DNA from: an uncultured Chloroflexia bacterium
GTDB lineage: Bacteria; Chloroflexota; Dehalococcoidia; DSTF01; JALHUB01
Assembly: GCA_963726245.1 (NCBI GenBank)
Contig: CAVSBT010000037.1
Span: 139,532 to 203,531, forward strand
Length of the DNA stretch: 64,000 bases
Direction of reading: 5' to 3'
In this document: positions 21,942-32,344 of the stretch, one piece after another
How the letters are laid out: every line of letters begins with the position of its first letter
Position numbering within the stretch: position 1 is the stretch's first letter
Notes under the pieces: model-generated
Told to the model about the DNA's origin: nothing
Databases searched by the model: none
The model's input: only the letters and a program-made list of their open reading frames with translations
Translations under genes and position numbers: made by a program

Positions 21942-22340
21942 CTACGGGGGCGTGCCGCGGCCGAAGGCTCTCGCTCGCCGCTCTCGATGCTTGCGGAGCC
22001 CCTCGACAGGATAAGGCCAGAAGATCTCCTCGATCAGCTTGTCGGCCCGGGGCAGCCGCAGGGGCTCGTCTGAGTCGTCGACCGGAGGGAGTACCTCGAC
22101 TTCCAAGCTCCTGCTCATGTGGAGCCGTCGTCGGGGCCGGCGGAGAGCGAGTTCGTGTACTGTCTCGTGCAGTCCCGCCGGCTGGAAGCCGGCCCTCAGG
22201 ATAGGCATCTTCAGGTTCTCGACAGGACCTAGCAACTGGCCTGCCTCTCTTGACCGCCTCAAATACTCATCAACTGCTTCGGCCACGATCTGGTAGCAAA
22301 TCTCCGGTGCCAGTTTCCGCTCCAGGCTGCGCAGCCCCAT
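21942..22340 (-). CDS. Hypothetical protein (mobile-element-like region)
   Basis: 132-aa ORF whose ATG abuts the stop of the upstream gene. Confidence 0.5.
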   Translation of the reverse strand: MGLRSLERKLAPEICYQIVAEAVDEYLRRSREAGQLLGPVENLKMPILRAGFQPAGLHETVHELALRRPRRRLHMSRSLEVEVLPPVDDSDEPLRLPRADKLIEEIFWPYPVEGLRKHRERRARAFGRGTPP

Positions 22341-22341
22341 A

Positions 22342-22859
22342 TCAATACGCCCCCCCGACGAGCAAGGGCAGGTTATCCTCGAGCCGACGAACCCGCCGCT
22401 CTTGGTCTATCAACACGTAGGTCCTTCCCGACGCGACCAGCGCATGTGCCGCTCTCAGGGCTACCCTGTCATCTTGGGAATCAAGCAATTCGATGAGCTT
22501 CGTGGTAGCCAAGGTGCCTGCGTAAGCCTGAAGGTCAAAGGTTCTCTCCAAGAACTCCTCGCGGCGAGAGGCCAATTCGCGCTAAAAGTCCGGGTCTCAA
22601 GCCAGCGATGGATGGTTGATCGGTGGACCTTCACAGCGTCCGCCACGTACACGATCGGCGTACCGACGACCATGAGGGCGAGAGCCCGGCCTTTCCTGGC
22701 ATCAGGACCGTTATTGTGCGATCGGCTCGCACCTGCCCTGGCAGCGCTGGAGGAAGTGAGCTCATCGCAGACAGGGGAGTTGTTCCCCGGCGCCACAGCT
22801 TGCCCTGTCATATGCTGGCCATCCGCGCCGAGGTGGCCGCTCTTCTCTTTTGGCCGCAT
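22342..22859 (-). CDS. HTH protein, phage small-terminase-like architecture (frameshift ~22580)
   Basis: VADAVKVHRSTIHRWL..TF HTH, then ATTKLIELLDSQDDRVALRAA...RVRRLE. Start inferred from a GAGGGGG RBS. Confidence 0.55.
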
Positions 22860-23012
22860 GCTTGGTGTCCCCCTCAACTCTGAAACTCCCGGTGACCTTG
22901 GCTCGGTTACCGCTTGAGGGCCCCCAAGAGCACTCAAGCTCTGTACGACTCGCCAATAGAATAATCGGCCAACCAATGAAGGTACTCGAGGGGGGTCGGC
23001 GTTGGGAATCTG

Positions 23013-23433
23013 CTATGGCAGCAACCGTGGTACCTTGAGCCGGCCACCGTTCGACGCTGTCGATAGCTGTTGCTCTACCCATGCCATCACATTCTCCGCG
23101 TCCCGGAGGTGCCGCTCAGCATCTCCCGGGTCTATCTCAGCCGCAGCCCCGGGCCCAACCAGGATATCCGGATACCTGGACACCACATAGGCTCTCGTTA
23201 GACTCATCAGACCGCCCGTGAGGTCCAGCTCGACGGGCTAGCCACGACCAGAATCGTGTGTCCGTGGCGGCTGCGTGGCCTCGCGCTCCACCAGCAGCGC
23301 TTTGATGGCCTTCTCGGCCACCTGCTGTGCGAAGGAACGACGTGGCCGACCAGCGCTCGCCTGCCAACGTCACACGCGCGGTCACGAGGTCCTCCTCTGC
23401 CTGCCGCCACCATCGCTCCGTCTCTATCCGCAT
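23013..23433 (-). CDS. HEPN domain protein (frameshifted, possibly a pseudogene)
   Basis: W.RQAEEDL..A...F.AQQVAEKAIKALL...PPRTH...LTRAYVVSRYPD...A..V..WV across three frames. Confidence 0.8.
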
Positions 23434-23647
23434 GACTCTTACACTAGGTAGATTATACCAGCGCGCGCCCCAACGCACAGAGCGGATCAGCCTGGCGACG
23501 CCCGCCAATCCCGTGTTCATGCAGGCAGCCGGGCACGGATGGGAGAATCCGATCGCCAGCTCAGACACAGCCGCAGGGTCGGATCGCCCGGGTTCCTCAA
23601 GGGGAAAAGGGCGGTAGGCGTCCCTGAGTTCCGAAAGCTTGATGGCT

Positions 23648-23890
23648 TTACGTGGACTTGGCGAGCCGCAGCCTCAAAGCCGCGGCATGCTTGCAGACGC
23701 CACGGTAGGTGAAACCCGGGCAAGTGCAGGTGATGTGGCCAAAGGGGCTCGCGAAGAGCTCAAAGTAGGCGTCGGGCTCCACGCTCCGAGACCGAGCCAG
23801 GTAGCGGTCCGTGCCCGCCAGCTTCACCACCCGCACTCGCTCCGTGCGCGCCCGCTCCAGGGCCCTCAGCTCACGCTCCTCCGTGTCCAT
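23648..23890 (-). CDS. SWIM zinc-finger protein
   Basis: CTCPGFTYRGVCKH motif, with a GGAGG RBS before ATG 23890. Confidence 0.8.
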   Translation of the reverse strand: MDTEERELRALERARTERVRVVKLAGTDRYLARSRSVEPDAYFELFASPFGHITCTCPGFTYRGVCKHAAALRLRLAKST

Positions 23891-24248
23891 CACCGTTCCT
23901 CCCGTGGATGCAGCAAGGGTGTGACGGATCCTCGAGCCTGGGCTGATGCGGAAGAGCCAGCTCCTCGGGGATACCGCGGGCTGCCACGTAAGCACTTGTG
24001 ATGTTGGCCCGCACGAAGGGCCGCTCCAAGACCAGCATCTGGCTCAGCCGTGTCAGGCAGTTGGCCCCCACGAAGTAGTCCCTCCGCGCCTCCATGTCCC
24101 GCAGCCCGTATAGGTAGTTCGGCAAGAGCCGACCCGCAGGCGTCACAGGTGGTGTCGCAGGGAAAGCGCAGCATCCCCCGAAAGCGCCGTAGCCTCTTCC
24201 CCTGTGCAAAGGCCTGCAGCCGGTCTCCTCATAGGTCATCGTCGTCAT
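23871..24248 (-). CDS. Small Cys-containing hypothetical protein (frameshifts)
   Basis: GAGGAGG RBS, then CDACGS..PNYLYGLRD...YFVGANCL across frames. The 3' end is uncertain. Confidence 0.5.
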   Translation of the reverse strand: MTTMTYEETGCRPLHRGRGYGAFGGCCAFPATPPVTPAGRLLPNYLYGLRDMEARRDYFVGANCLTRLSQMLVLERPFVRANITSAYVAARGIPEELALPHQPRLEDPSHPCCIHGRNGDGHGGA

Positions 24249-24325
24249 GTTCTGCCTCCTCGGATGATGTGATGGGGATATCGCAGCGGGAGCAGTCCAC
24301 CGGCCGGACACGATCCGCCCCAGCT

Positions 24326-25124
24326 TCATGCAGTAGGTTTGCAGCCAGCGGCAGCGCGGCTCTCGCTCCGCCGGCGGTGCCTCGAAGCCCTCCCTCTGCG
24401 CCCCCGCCATGCCGGACCTCCTCTCGAAAGTCGGCAGATGGAGTAAGACGGATTCTCCGCCTTGCGATCCTCAGCGTAGGCCAGCCAGAACTGCGGGGCG
24501 TTAGTCTGGGAGGCTACGATGTACCAGGTGACCTCCTGAAGGGTGGAATTTTGCAATTGATTGCAAAATTGGCCGTCCTCCCCCGAGAAAGAAGACCTCC
24601 CACACCTTCGCCAGGTTGTAGGCCTGGCGCCAGCCGATGCCAAAGGTGCGGCCCATGGCCTCCCAGGCGCGGTCGCCGTAGACGCTGCGCCGCTTGGCCT
24701 CCCAGAGGATGGCCGCCTGGGCCTTCCAGGCGCGCTGGTCGAGGTCACGAAAGTAGGAGAAAGAGGTCGACGAGCTGGTCGTCGCGTGAGGTATGGTATC
24801 CTCTGGGCGAGGGCGTCGAGGCGGGTCTCCAGAAGGTTGAGCTCGTGGAAGTACTCGGAGGGGCGGAAGCCGGGGTTGAAGAGGCGGCGCGCGACGACCT
24901 TGCCTGTCGCCGACTTGGGCGACCACGAGGTGGCGGTCGGTGCGCTCCAGACGCCAGCGCTGTTCGGTGATCTGGGTATGGCAGGAGCGGCAGAGGACAG
25001 CCTTGTTCGCGGGAGCCTCGATCTCGGGACGGCGAGAGCCGCCCATGCGGCGAGGTTCGATGTGATGGACCTCCGCGTTGCGAGAGGTGCCGCAGATCTC
25101 GCAACGGCTGTCCGGCCGCGACAA
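24326..25124 (-). CDS. N-terminal HNH endonuclease domain protein (frameshifts)
   Basis: CEICG....EVHHI..R.MGG.......N...LCRSCH HNH signature with a helical C-terminal extension. The 3' end is uncertain. Confidence 0.75.
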
Positions 25125-25179
25125 ACATAGCGAGTATCCGTCCGTAATCCGCCTCTAATCATACATTAAGTGGACAGCC

Positions 25180-25398
25180 GTGTCAACACCTAGGTTGACG
25201 CCTCGGGTAGCGCTGAAAGAGTGGCGGCGGCTGCGTGCCCTGTCACAAGAGGAACTGGCAAGGGCAGCGGGCATTCAACGCAGCACCATCGTGGACATCG
25301 AGAGCGGAAAGCGGTCTCCTCGGCCGAGCACGCTGAGAAGACTCGCGAAGGCGCTGAACATCAAGCCCGAGGGGCTCTTTGCGGATCCATTCGCGTAG
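25180..25398 (+). CDS. XRE-family HTH transcriptional regulator
   Basis: LKEWRRLRALSQEELARAAGIQRSTIVDIESGKRSP....LRRLAKAL; divergent from the HNH gene. Confidence 0.9.
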   Translation: MSTPRLTPRVALKEWRRLRALSQEELARAAGIQRSTIVDIESGKRSPRPSTLRRLAKALNIKPEGLFADPFA

Positions 25399-26214
25399 CA
25401 GAGGGGGGTGCCGGGCCACGTTTGCAGGTGCGAGGTCTGCGCTTCCGGCTGAATCCCGCTCCTGCCAACGGAAGGCGCCCCGGCGTTCTGCCGAGGCCAT
25501 CCATACTCGCCGGAAGGTAGGATCGGGCTTAGCCGCCTCTTCTAGCATGGGGCCGTACATGCGCTCAGCACGCACGAAGCGCCGGTCGCTGTACTCATGG
25601 CCGTCCCAGGAACCGCCGCAGGTGACAAGGGTGACGGCATCATGACCGTTGATGCCGAAAACCTGGTCCCAGTTGATCTCATCCACCGGAGACTCCTGGT
25701 TCCAGACGACGGCATAGTAGTAGACGGTCTGGTCCGCCAGCCGCACTTCCACCTCGTCACCGGGCTTCAGCTGGTCCAGGTCCCAGAACACAGCCGGGCC
25801 GTAGTGGATATAGTCCACGTGGCCGGATAAGATGGCATTCCCTCCAAACCCAACTCGGTGCTCCTCCCCGGGATGGTACTCAGACATATCGTACACGGCG
25901 ACAACTTCCGGGCCGCTGGGCATGGGCATGACCCCGTCGGTGTCCACGGTGTGCGGCTCCAGGGCAGCGTTAACGTCTATCTTGGGGATCAACAGCCTTT
26001 CAGGAGCAGCCCCGCTTGGCGGAACGGGGCTTTCCGTGGGCCAGGGAACAGCTGTCGCCGTCGGTTCAGTTACCAGCTGCCGCTGCGGCTTCTCTCCTCC
26101 TCGAAAGACACCCTGCGTTGAGACCACAACCAGGGCCGCACCCAGCAGCGCCGAAGCCAAAGGGGCCGCCAACAGCGGCAGTCTCCTCGACAGCGTTAGC
26201 TTCCATATCCGCAT
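25243..26214 (-). CDS. Class F sortase (the true stop may be earlier, ~25500)
   Basis: TM, RLLIPKIDVNA, NAILSGHVD, TLVTCGG and YSDRRFVRA. The C-terminal tail overlaps the XRE gene on the other strand. Confidence 0.9.
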   Translation of the reverse strand: MRIWKLTLSRRLPLLAAPLASALLGAALVVVSTQGVFRGGEKPQRQLVTEPTATAVPWPTESPVPPSGAAPERLLIPKIDVNAALEPHTVDTDGVMPMPSGPEVVAVYDMSEYHPGEEHRVGFGGNAILSGHVDYIHYGPAVFWDLDQLKPGDEVEVRLADQTVYYYAVVWNQESPVDEINWDQVFGINGHDAVTLVTCGGSWDGHEYSDRRFVRAERMYGPMLEEAAKPDPTFRRVWMASAERRGAFRWQERDSAGSADLAPANVARHPPLLREWIRKEPLGLDVQRLRESSQRARPRRPLSALDVHDGAALNARCPCQFLL

Positions 26215-26369
26215 GCAGTCTCCCCTGTTCCGCCTTTGTCATAGACCCGCCACCAGCCTTCCGACCACTCAGCATATCACAGCCCGCCCTTTAGCGTCGT
26301 CGCCCACACGCGCATCTTGCCAGAGATAGAACGAGCCTCCCCAGCTTCTCCGGGGAGGCTCGCCTAATC

Positions 26370-26969
26370 TCAGACCCTCTCTGCCTTAGGCAGAGACGCC
26401 TCTCCTAGTGGCGTATACCGACGGTAGGCCGACACACCCGCCGTGCCCAGCAGTAGCAGTCCAAGCCCAGCGGCCATGTAGACCCACCAGGCCGTCCCGC
26501 TGCCACCGTCCAGGTAACCGCCCGTGCCCGTTATGACCCTAGGCGTTGGCGTTACCGGCGCCGGCGTGGAGGGCGGCGCCACCGTGGGCTGCACGGCCTG
26601 GCCGCCCAGGTCCAGCGACGTGAACTTGCCGCTGCTCCAGGTAGCGCTACCCGCCGGGTTGCCTCCGACCATGAAGCTTACCGAGGCGCCCTCGGTGCCA
26701 CACCCGGCCGTCTGTCCGCTTGCCACCACGTCCAGGACGTACGACGAGTCCGCCTTCACGGTCGTCTGGCCACAGACGGTATCGCCGATCGTGGCGCTGA
26801 CCTGAGTTCCTGCCGCGGCCGCCGACCCGCCCTGGGTTACCTTGCCGAAGAAGCGGTTCGGCGGCGTCGGCGGCTGGGCGCTGACGCTCGCCACCAACAG
26901 CGACGAGATCACCGCCACAACTACGCCTGCCAGCACGCCCTTTTTCAGGGTCTTCCAGTCAAGAATCAT
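26370..26969 (-). CDS. Small secreted protein with a putative sortase signal
   Basis: Signal peptide, PP.RFFG.V..G..A..GT.V.A domain, PT linker, then VITGTGG + TM + RR. Lies directly upstream of the sortase. Confidence 0.8.
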   Translation of the reverse strand: MILDWKTLKKGVLAGVVVAVISSLLVASVSAQPPTPPNRFFGKVTQGGSAAAAGTQVSATIGDTVCGQTTVKADSSYVLDVVASGQTAGCGTEGASVSFMVGGNPAGSATWSSGKFTSLDLGGQAVQPTVAPPSTPAPVTPTPRVITGTGGYLDGGSGTAWWVYMAAGLGLLLLGTAGVSAYRRYTPLGEASLPKAERV

Positions 26970-27031
26970 AGTATTGAATCCCTCCGTTGATTCCATTCCC
27001 CGGAGCTACCCCTTAGCGGAAGCCCCTGACT

Positions 27032-28926
27032 CTAGATCTTCGGCCGGCTAATGGTGCCGGGCGCATTCATGCAAACGAAGATCGCGTCCAACTGGTTGAC
27101 AGTCGTCAGGTCGCTGGCCTCCGGAGCCGCAGCCGAGAACCCCTGCCAGGTGCCCGACTCGGGGTCGAACACCCAGACGGCGTCCAGCGCTTCGGGCGGC
27201 GCTACTCCCTTCGCCACCGTTTCGATTGGGGTGGCGTCGGGCCATGTCGCGGCCAGCGGGTTGCAGCCCGCCACCAGCTTCACCGATTCGCTCTCTGAAG
27301 GTCTCCAGCTTGACCACGCCAACGGCGACCACGTTGGGATGGCGGTCAAGGCGGCAGGTCAGCGTGAGCGTCCCTCCCTCCATCACCGCCTTCCCTGTGG
27401 GCACGATCTTTACCATAACATGCCCGGCAGGTCGCCAGCCAGGCCGCCCGTGGTGCCCGTCTGGGGCCAGATTATGAGGCCGCTTTGCACCGGATCCAGC
27501 GAGCACGAGACAGTCTCGTTGGCCATGGGCCGGAAGGACGAGTCGAGCGCCACAAACTTGAACTCGCCCCCTTCGGGACCTATGGCACCTCCAGGGGGCA
27601 GCTCCAGATACGTCCCCAGCAGCGGCTCACCGACGAAGGTGGCGTTGATGGTGCGCGGCGGAGACTGACGCCGCCGCCCTGCTGAGCGGTGATGGTGGCC
27701 GTGCCGACGTCACCGTTGCCCAGCAGGAAGGTCGTGACGACGCCGTTGCGCCAGCCGTCGGCGTCACAGCCGCCCTTGAACGTAATCCCGCCATTGGGCT
27801 ACCAGTCGGCCTTTCGCGAAAGCCACTGGAACCAGTAGTACAGGGCGTCCACGTCGAAGACGTTCACCGACTTGCCCTGGCCCACAGTCAGTGGCCACGA
27901 TGGGTGGGAAAAGATACTCCAGCGCCTGCCGCTAGATTGCTCGCGCCATTCTTGAGCGCCTGAGCGACGGGGCTCATAGAGAAAATCCCGAGATCGGTCT
28001 CAAAGCTGACGTAGTCGTCGAAGAGCGCTGCCGTGTTCCCGCCGCACCAGACATCCGGCAAGTCCAGGTCTGGGAGGCCCGTGCGGGATTGATGTCGAGC
28101 TGCTGGTGTTGCTCCCGTAGCCCTCAGCCGGCGGCCCGACGTCACCGTAGACGCTCGCCGTAGAGACCGTCATACATGTCGTCCAGGCCCTGCGCGCCGT
28201 CCTGATCCGGGTCAATCAGCGCCTGCTCGGTACTCGGCACAAGGGGAGCGCGACCGGTAACGTCGCAGTGGTAGGCCACGAGCAAAGGCTGCTCCTGGGC
28301 AGCCGTGCCGAGCGGCCCTGTGGGCCCAAAGGCCAGTATCGTGTCCACCACGACGATCTGCACCGAGCGCGCGTCGCCCGTCTCGTCCGTAGCCGTGACC
28401 AGGACGATCTCGTTCACGCCCTTTGTGTTGCCCAGCGTGGCCGCCGCGGCGTTAACGCGCACCGTCACCACGCCCACAGCGGCATCCATGTCGGCGCCGC
28501 TGTTGTCCGACACCGTCAGCGTGTGATCGCCGTCGGCGTCGAAGGTGAGCGCCGGCGGCCCGCTGTTCTGCGGGTACAGCCTCGTCCATCTCGAAGGTGA
28601 TGGCGCCGTATGGCTCCGGGTGCGTTCGCGGTTCATACAGCGTGCTCCCATCCACGTCAGGGCAGGGGCCAGTGTCGACCGGGAGCGCCTGGCGCGAAGC
28701 AGAACACTGCCACGATGCCCGGCTGCCCGGTGCCGATGATCGCCGGGATAGCCTGGTTGTTCAGTCCCGGCACAGCCGGTGCCGCCGATGGCAGCGCCGC
28801 AATACCGCCCGGGGCGCCCAGGCTGGCCTCTGCGCGCTGGGTGTGTCCCGCCGGGTGCAGGATTCCCAGCACCACCATGAGCGCCGCCACCAGGGCGATC
28901 ACTCCTACTTTTCTGACATTACCCAT
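27032..28926 (-). CDS. Large secreted surface (S-layer-like) protein with GCNP..RPxI C-terminal domain (many frameshifts)
   Basis: AAGGAGG RBS and signal peptide. Shares blocks with the 29828 gene (GGIAALPSAAPAVPGL, GNTKGVNEIV, PDVWCGGNT.ALFDD, DGWRNGVVT). Confidence 0.75.
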
Positions 28927-29162
28927 CAATGGCGCCTCCTTTCAGGACACGAAAAGCGCCGGACCACTCTTGGCCCATGACTAGACGCTTGCGGCCGGCA
29001 GGCCAGTCCGGACCTTCCGTTTCCCTGCGCCGCCGTCATCGGACATCTGGCGAGCCTTCCCGGGTAGGCTGACAGCACCGCCGGGAAGGCTCGCCCCGAT
29101 TTCGTGGCCGCGCCTCCGCCCACAGGCGACCATGGTCGCCTCGAGCGGAGCCGCCTGCCGAT

Positions 29163-29726
29163 TTAGCGCGCGTTCCGGCGATAGGTCGCCACGCCCGCCG
29201 TGCCCAGCAGCAGCAGACCCAGGCCAGCAGCCATGTAGACCCACCAGGCCGTCCCGCTGCCACCGTCCAGGTAACCGCCTGTGCCCGTTATGACCTTGGG
29301 CGTTGGCGTTACCGGCTTCGGCGTCGCGGGCGCTGCCGTAGGCGGTGCAGCCTGTCCGGCGAGGTCCATAGACGTGAACTTGCCGCTGCTCCAGGTGCCA
29401 GTTCCCGCCGGGTTGCCTCCCACCGTGAAGCTCACCGAAGCACCCTCGGTGCCGCACCCGGCCGTCTGTCCGCTGGACACCACGTCCAGGACATACGACG
29501 AGTCCGATTTCACGGTCGTCTGGCCACAGACGTTGCCGCCAATGTCGGCGCTGACGTTCGTGCCCGCCGGGGCCGCCGAGCCACTCAGGGTTACCTTGCC
29601 GAAGAAGCGGTTCGGCGGCGTCGGCGGCTGGGCACTCACGCTCGCCACCATCATGGACGAGATAAGCGCCACTACCGCGGCTACTAGCGCGCCCCTTCTC
29701 AGGGCCTTCCAGCTAATGATCATCAC
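29163..29726 (-). CDS. Paralogue of 26370 gene; putative sortase substrate
   Basis: Same domain, ending VITGTGGYLDGGSGTAWWVYMAAGLGLLLLGTAGVATYRRNAR. Confidence 0.85.
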   Translation of the reverse strand: MMIISWKALRRGALVAAVVALISSMMVASVSAQPPTPPNRFFGKVTLSGSAAPAGTNVSADIGGNVCGQTTVKSDSSYVLDVVSSGQTAGCGTEGASVSFTVGGNPAGTGTWSSGKFTSMDLAGQAAPPTAAPATPKPVTPTPKVITGTGGYLDGGSGTAWWVYMAAGLGLLLLGTAGVATYRRNAR

Positions 29727-29781
29727 TCACGGTCCCTCTCGTCTGATTCCTTTCTCGGAGCGTCAGCTCCGTTGAAGGCTG

Positions 29782-29818
29782 CAGGGTGTGGGGACCGCTG
29801 CCGGCCCCCACACCCTGC
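29782..29818 (-). terminator. Hairpin after the 29828 gene
   Basis: CAGGGTGTGGGG...CCCCACACCCTG stem. Confidence 0.5.
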
Positions 29819-29827
29819 CACTGAGTC

Positions 29828-31712
29828 CTAAATCACCGGCCGCCCGATTGTGGCAGCCGCGTTCACGCAAACGAAGATGGCGTCCAGCCGGTCCACGGTA
29901 GCCAGGTCGCTGACCCCCGCGGGAGCGGTAGGCGAGAAGCCCTGCCACATGCCCGTCGCCGGGTCGAACTTCCAGATGGCTTCCAGGGCCTCTGCCGGCG
30001 CCACCGCGCCAGACACCGTCGCGATCGCTGTCGCGTCGGGCCACGTTGCGGCCAGCGGGTTACAGCCCTCAACCAGCGCCACCGACTCCAGGTTGGGAGT
30101 CTGGCTCAGACTGACCTTGTCGCTCGCCGAGACGCTGCGGTCGCGGTCCAGCGTGCAGGTGATGGTCAACTCCTCGGCTGCGACCACGGACTTGCCCGTC
30201 GGTATCAGCTTGAAGGTGACCTCACCCGGGTCGTGTCCGAGGTGACTAGCGCCTGTGGTCGCGGTCTGGTTGAGGATCGCCAGGGCGCCGCCCGTGGGAT
30301 CCACCGTGCAGGTCACGGCCTCATTCCCCACCGGCCGGCCGTCCTGGTCCACCACGGCCACCGTGAAGTTGTCGCCGGTTGTGCCGATGATCGCCGGCGC
30401 CGTGATGAAGAGGGAGAGCGCGGCCTCGCCCTCGAAGGTCACGTTGATCGTGCGAGCCGGGCTGACGCCGCCGCCCTGCTGGGCGCTGATCGTGGCGACG
30501 CCGACGTTGCCGTTGCCCAGGAGCTCGGTGGTGACGACGCCGTTGCGCCAGCCGTCGATGTCACAGCCGCCCTGGACACCCACGCCGAATTGACTGAAGT
30601 CCCACTCCGACCACACGAGGAGGGCATCGATGTCGAAGGTGTCGATTTCCTGACCCTCGCCGCAGGCGGCGTCAATCATGGGCGGGAAGAACCAGTCTAG
30701 GAAGTTGGCCAGGTTGGCCGAGGTCTGCTGAACGATTACGGCGGCAGGGTCAACCGAGAAGAGGCCCTTGTCCGTCTGGAAGTCGACGAAGTCATCGAAC
30801 AGCGCACTCGTGTTACCGCCACACCAGACGTCCGGAATCGCCACCGGAGGTATCGTGCCGTTGGGGGCGTCTCTGCCCAGCAGAGTGTTGCTGCCCCAGC
30901 CGGCGCCCGGGCCGCCGCCAAATTGCCAGTTGGGCCCGTAGAGGCCGTCGTACATGTCGTTCAGCCCCTGCTGCTGATCGTCGTTCCCTGCGCTACCCTC
31001 GGCAATCCACTGAGCAGGTGTTGGGCACGAGCGTGCTCCGCCCGAGCACGTCACAGTGGTAGGAGACGTAGACCGGCTGATCCTGGGAGGCGGTGCTGAT
31101 CTGACCGCTGGGCCCCCAGGCCAGCATGGTGTCCACGATCACGATGTTGACCGTGCGCACGTCGCCCGTGTCGTCCGTGGCGGTGACCTTGACGATCTCG
31201 TTAACGCCCTTGGTGTTGCCCTGCGTGGCCGCGGCGGCATTCACGCCTGTCGCCACCACGCCGATGGCCGAGTCCATGTCGGCGCCGCTGTTGTCCGTCA
31301 CCACCAGGGTGTCAGACCCGCTCGCAGCCCAGGTGGCCATGGGCACCGCCGCCGCTGGTGGGGTAGACCTGGGTCAGCTCCAGGGTAATGGGGCCCAATA
31401 GTCGGTGTCCACGACTTCCCCCCGGACAATCCCCTGCCACGTAGGGCAGGTCTCGATGTCCCGCAAGGTCCGGCGCCGTGCGCAGAAGACGGCCACGATG
31501 GCCATCTGGCCGGTGCCGATGATGGCCGGGAGGCCCTGGTTGGCGAGGCCGGGGACGGCCGGAGCCGCCGAGGGCAACGCCGCGATGCCGCCCGGCGATC
31601 CCAGGTCGGCCTGGGCCACCGGCGTCTGTGCCGTTGGCCGGAGCGCCGCCAGGACGACGAGGAGAGTCGCCATAACGGCCAGTATTCCCAGTTTCTTTAT
31701 GCTAATGCTCAA
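29828..31712 (-). CDS. Large secreted surface (S-layer-like) protein with Ig-like part and GCNP..RPxI domain (frameshifts)
   Basis: AGGAGG RBS, TTG start and signal peptide. ORFs 31374, 30993 and 29828 join, ending EGCNPL...IGRPVI. Confidence 0.8.
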
Positions 31713-32261
31713 GGGTTGCTCCTCCTTTGGGCGGATTTGCGGCTGCGGGCTTGCCGCTCAGAGACCTCGGGCGCGAACGTGGGCCGGACCGACCTCTCCC
31801 GGTCGGCAGGCCCATCTCCTCCTTCACCATAGGTCACGGCTCGCCGCCACCGCATTCCCTTGCTTTCTCCTTATCTTTCACAATCACTGACTTGACGAGT
31901 CTGCTAGCTACAGAGTGACCGACCCCCACCCCTGATCCACCGGAGCCGGCCTGCTCCGACGGCCTCGTTCCGGGTGGAAGCGAGGCCACTTCTGAAGTTA
32001 GCTACATCGCATCCCCCCTTCCTGCTCCCCGCCATCCTTGCCAGGGAACCGGCGGGCTCCATGTTCCGAAAATTCTCAGCGCGCCAACGGGCAGACGGGT
32101 CAAAACACAATTCCCCTACCCCCGCCAGCTCGCAACGTTCCGTCTCTAAGACAGCAGCGCTCTAGCGGGCGCGCACACACAATTTGGCAACCGCAAAAGC
32201 GCCGTTGCCACAACCCTTAAAACGCCGGGCCGGAGGAAAAGGTTAACGCCGGGTGGCGGCT

Positions 32262-32290
32262 GTTAACTCTGGGCGTAGGTGACGCGTTCT
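32262..32290 (+). promoter_or_regulatory. Putative autoregulatory ECF promoter GTTAAC-N17-CGTTCT
   Basis: Canonical ECF-type AAC/CGT boxes 55 nt upstream of the ECF gene. Confidence 0.65.
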
Positions 32291-32344
32291 ACATAATACA
32301 AGCGTTGGGTACGGGCCGCTGGACGGCCGGGGACAAAAGCGATT

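Noticed and set aside
15285-31712. Mass pseudogenisation or phase variation of surface genes
   Set aside because: The indels are scattered, mostly outside homopolymer or SSR tracts, and also affect housekeeping genes. They cannot be told apart from consensus error without reads.
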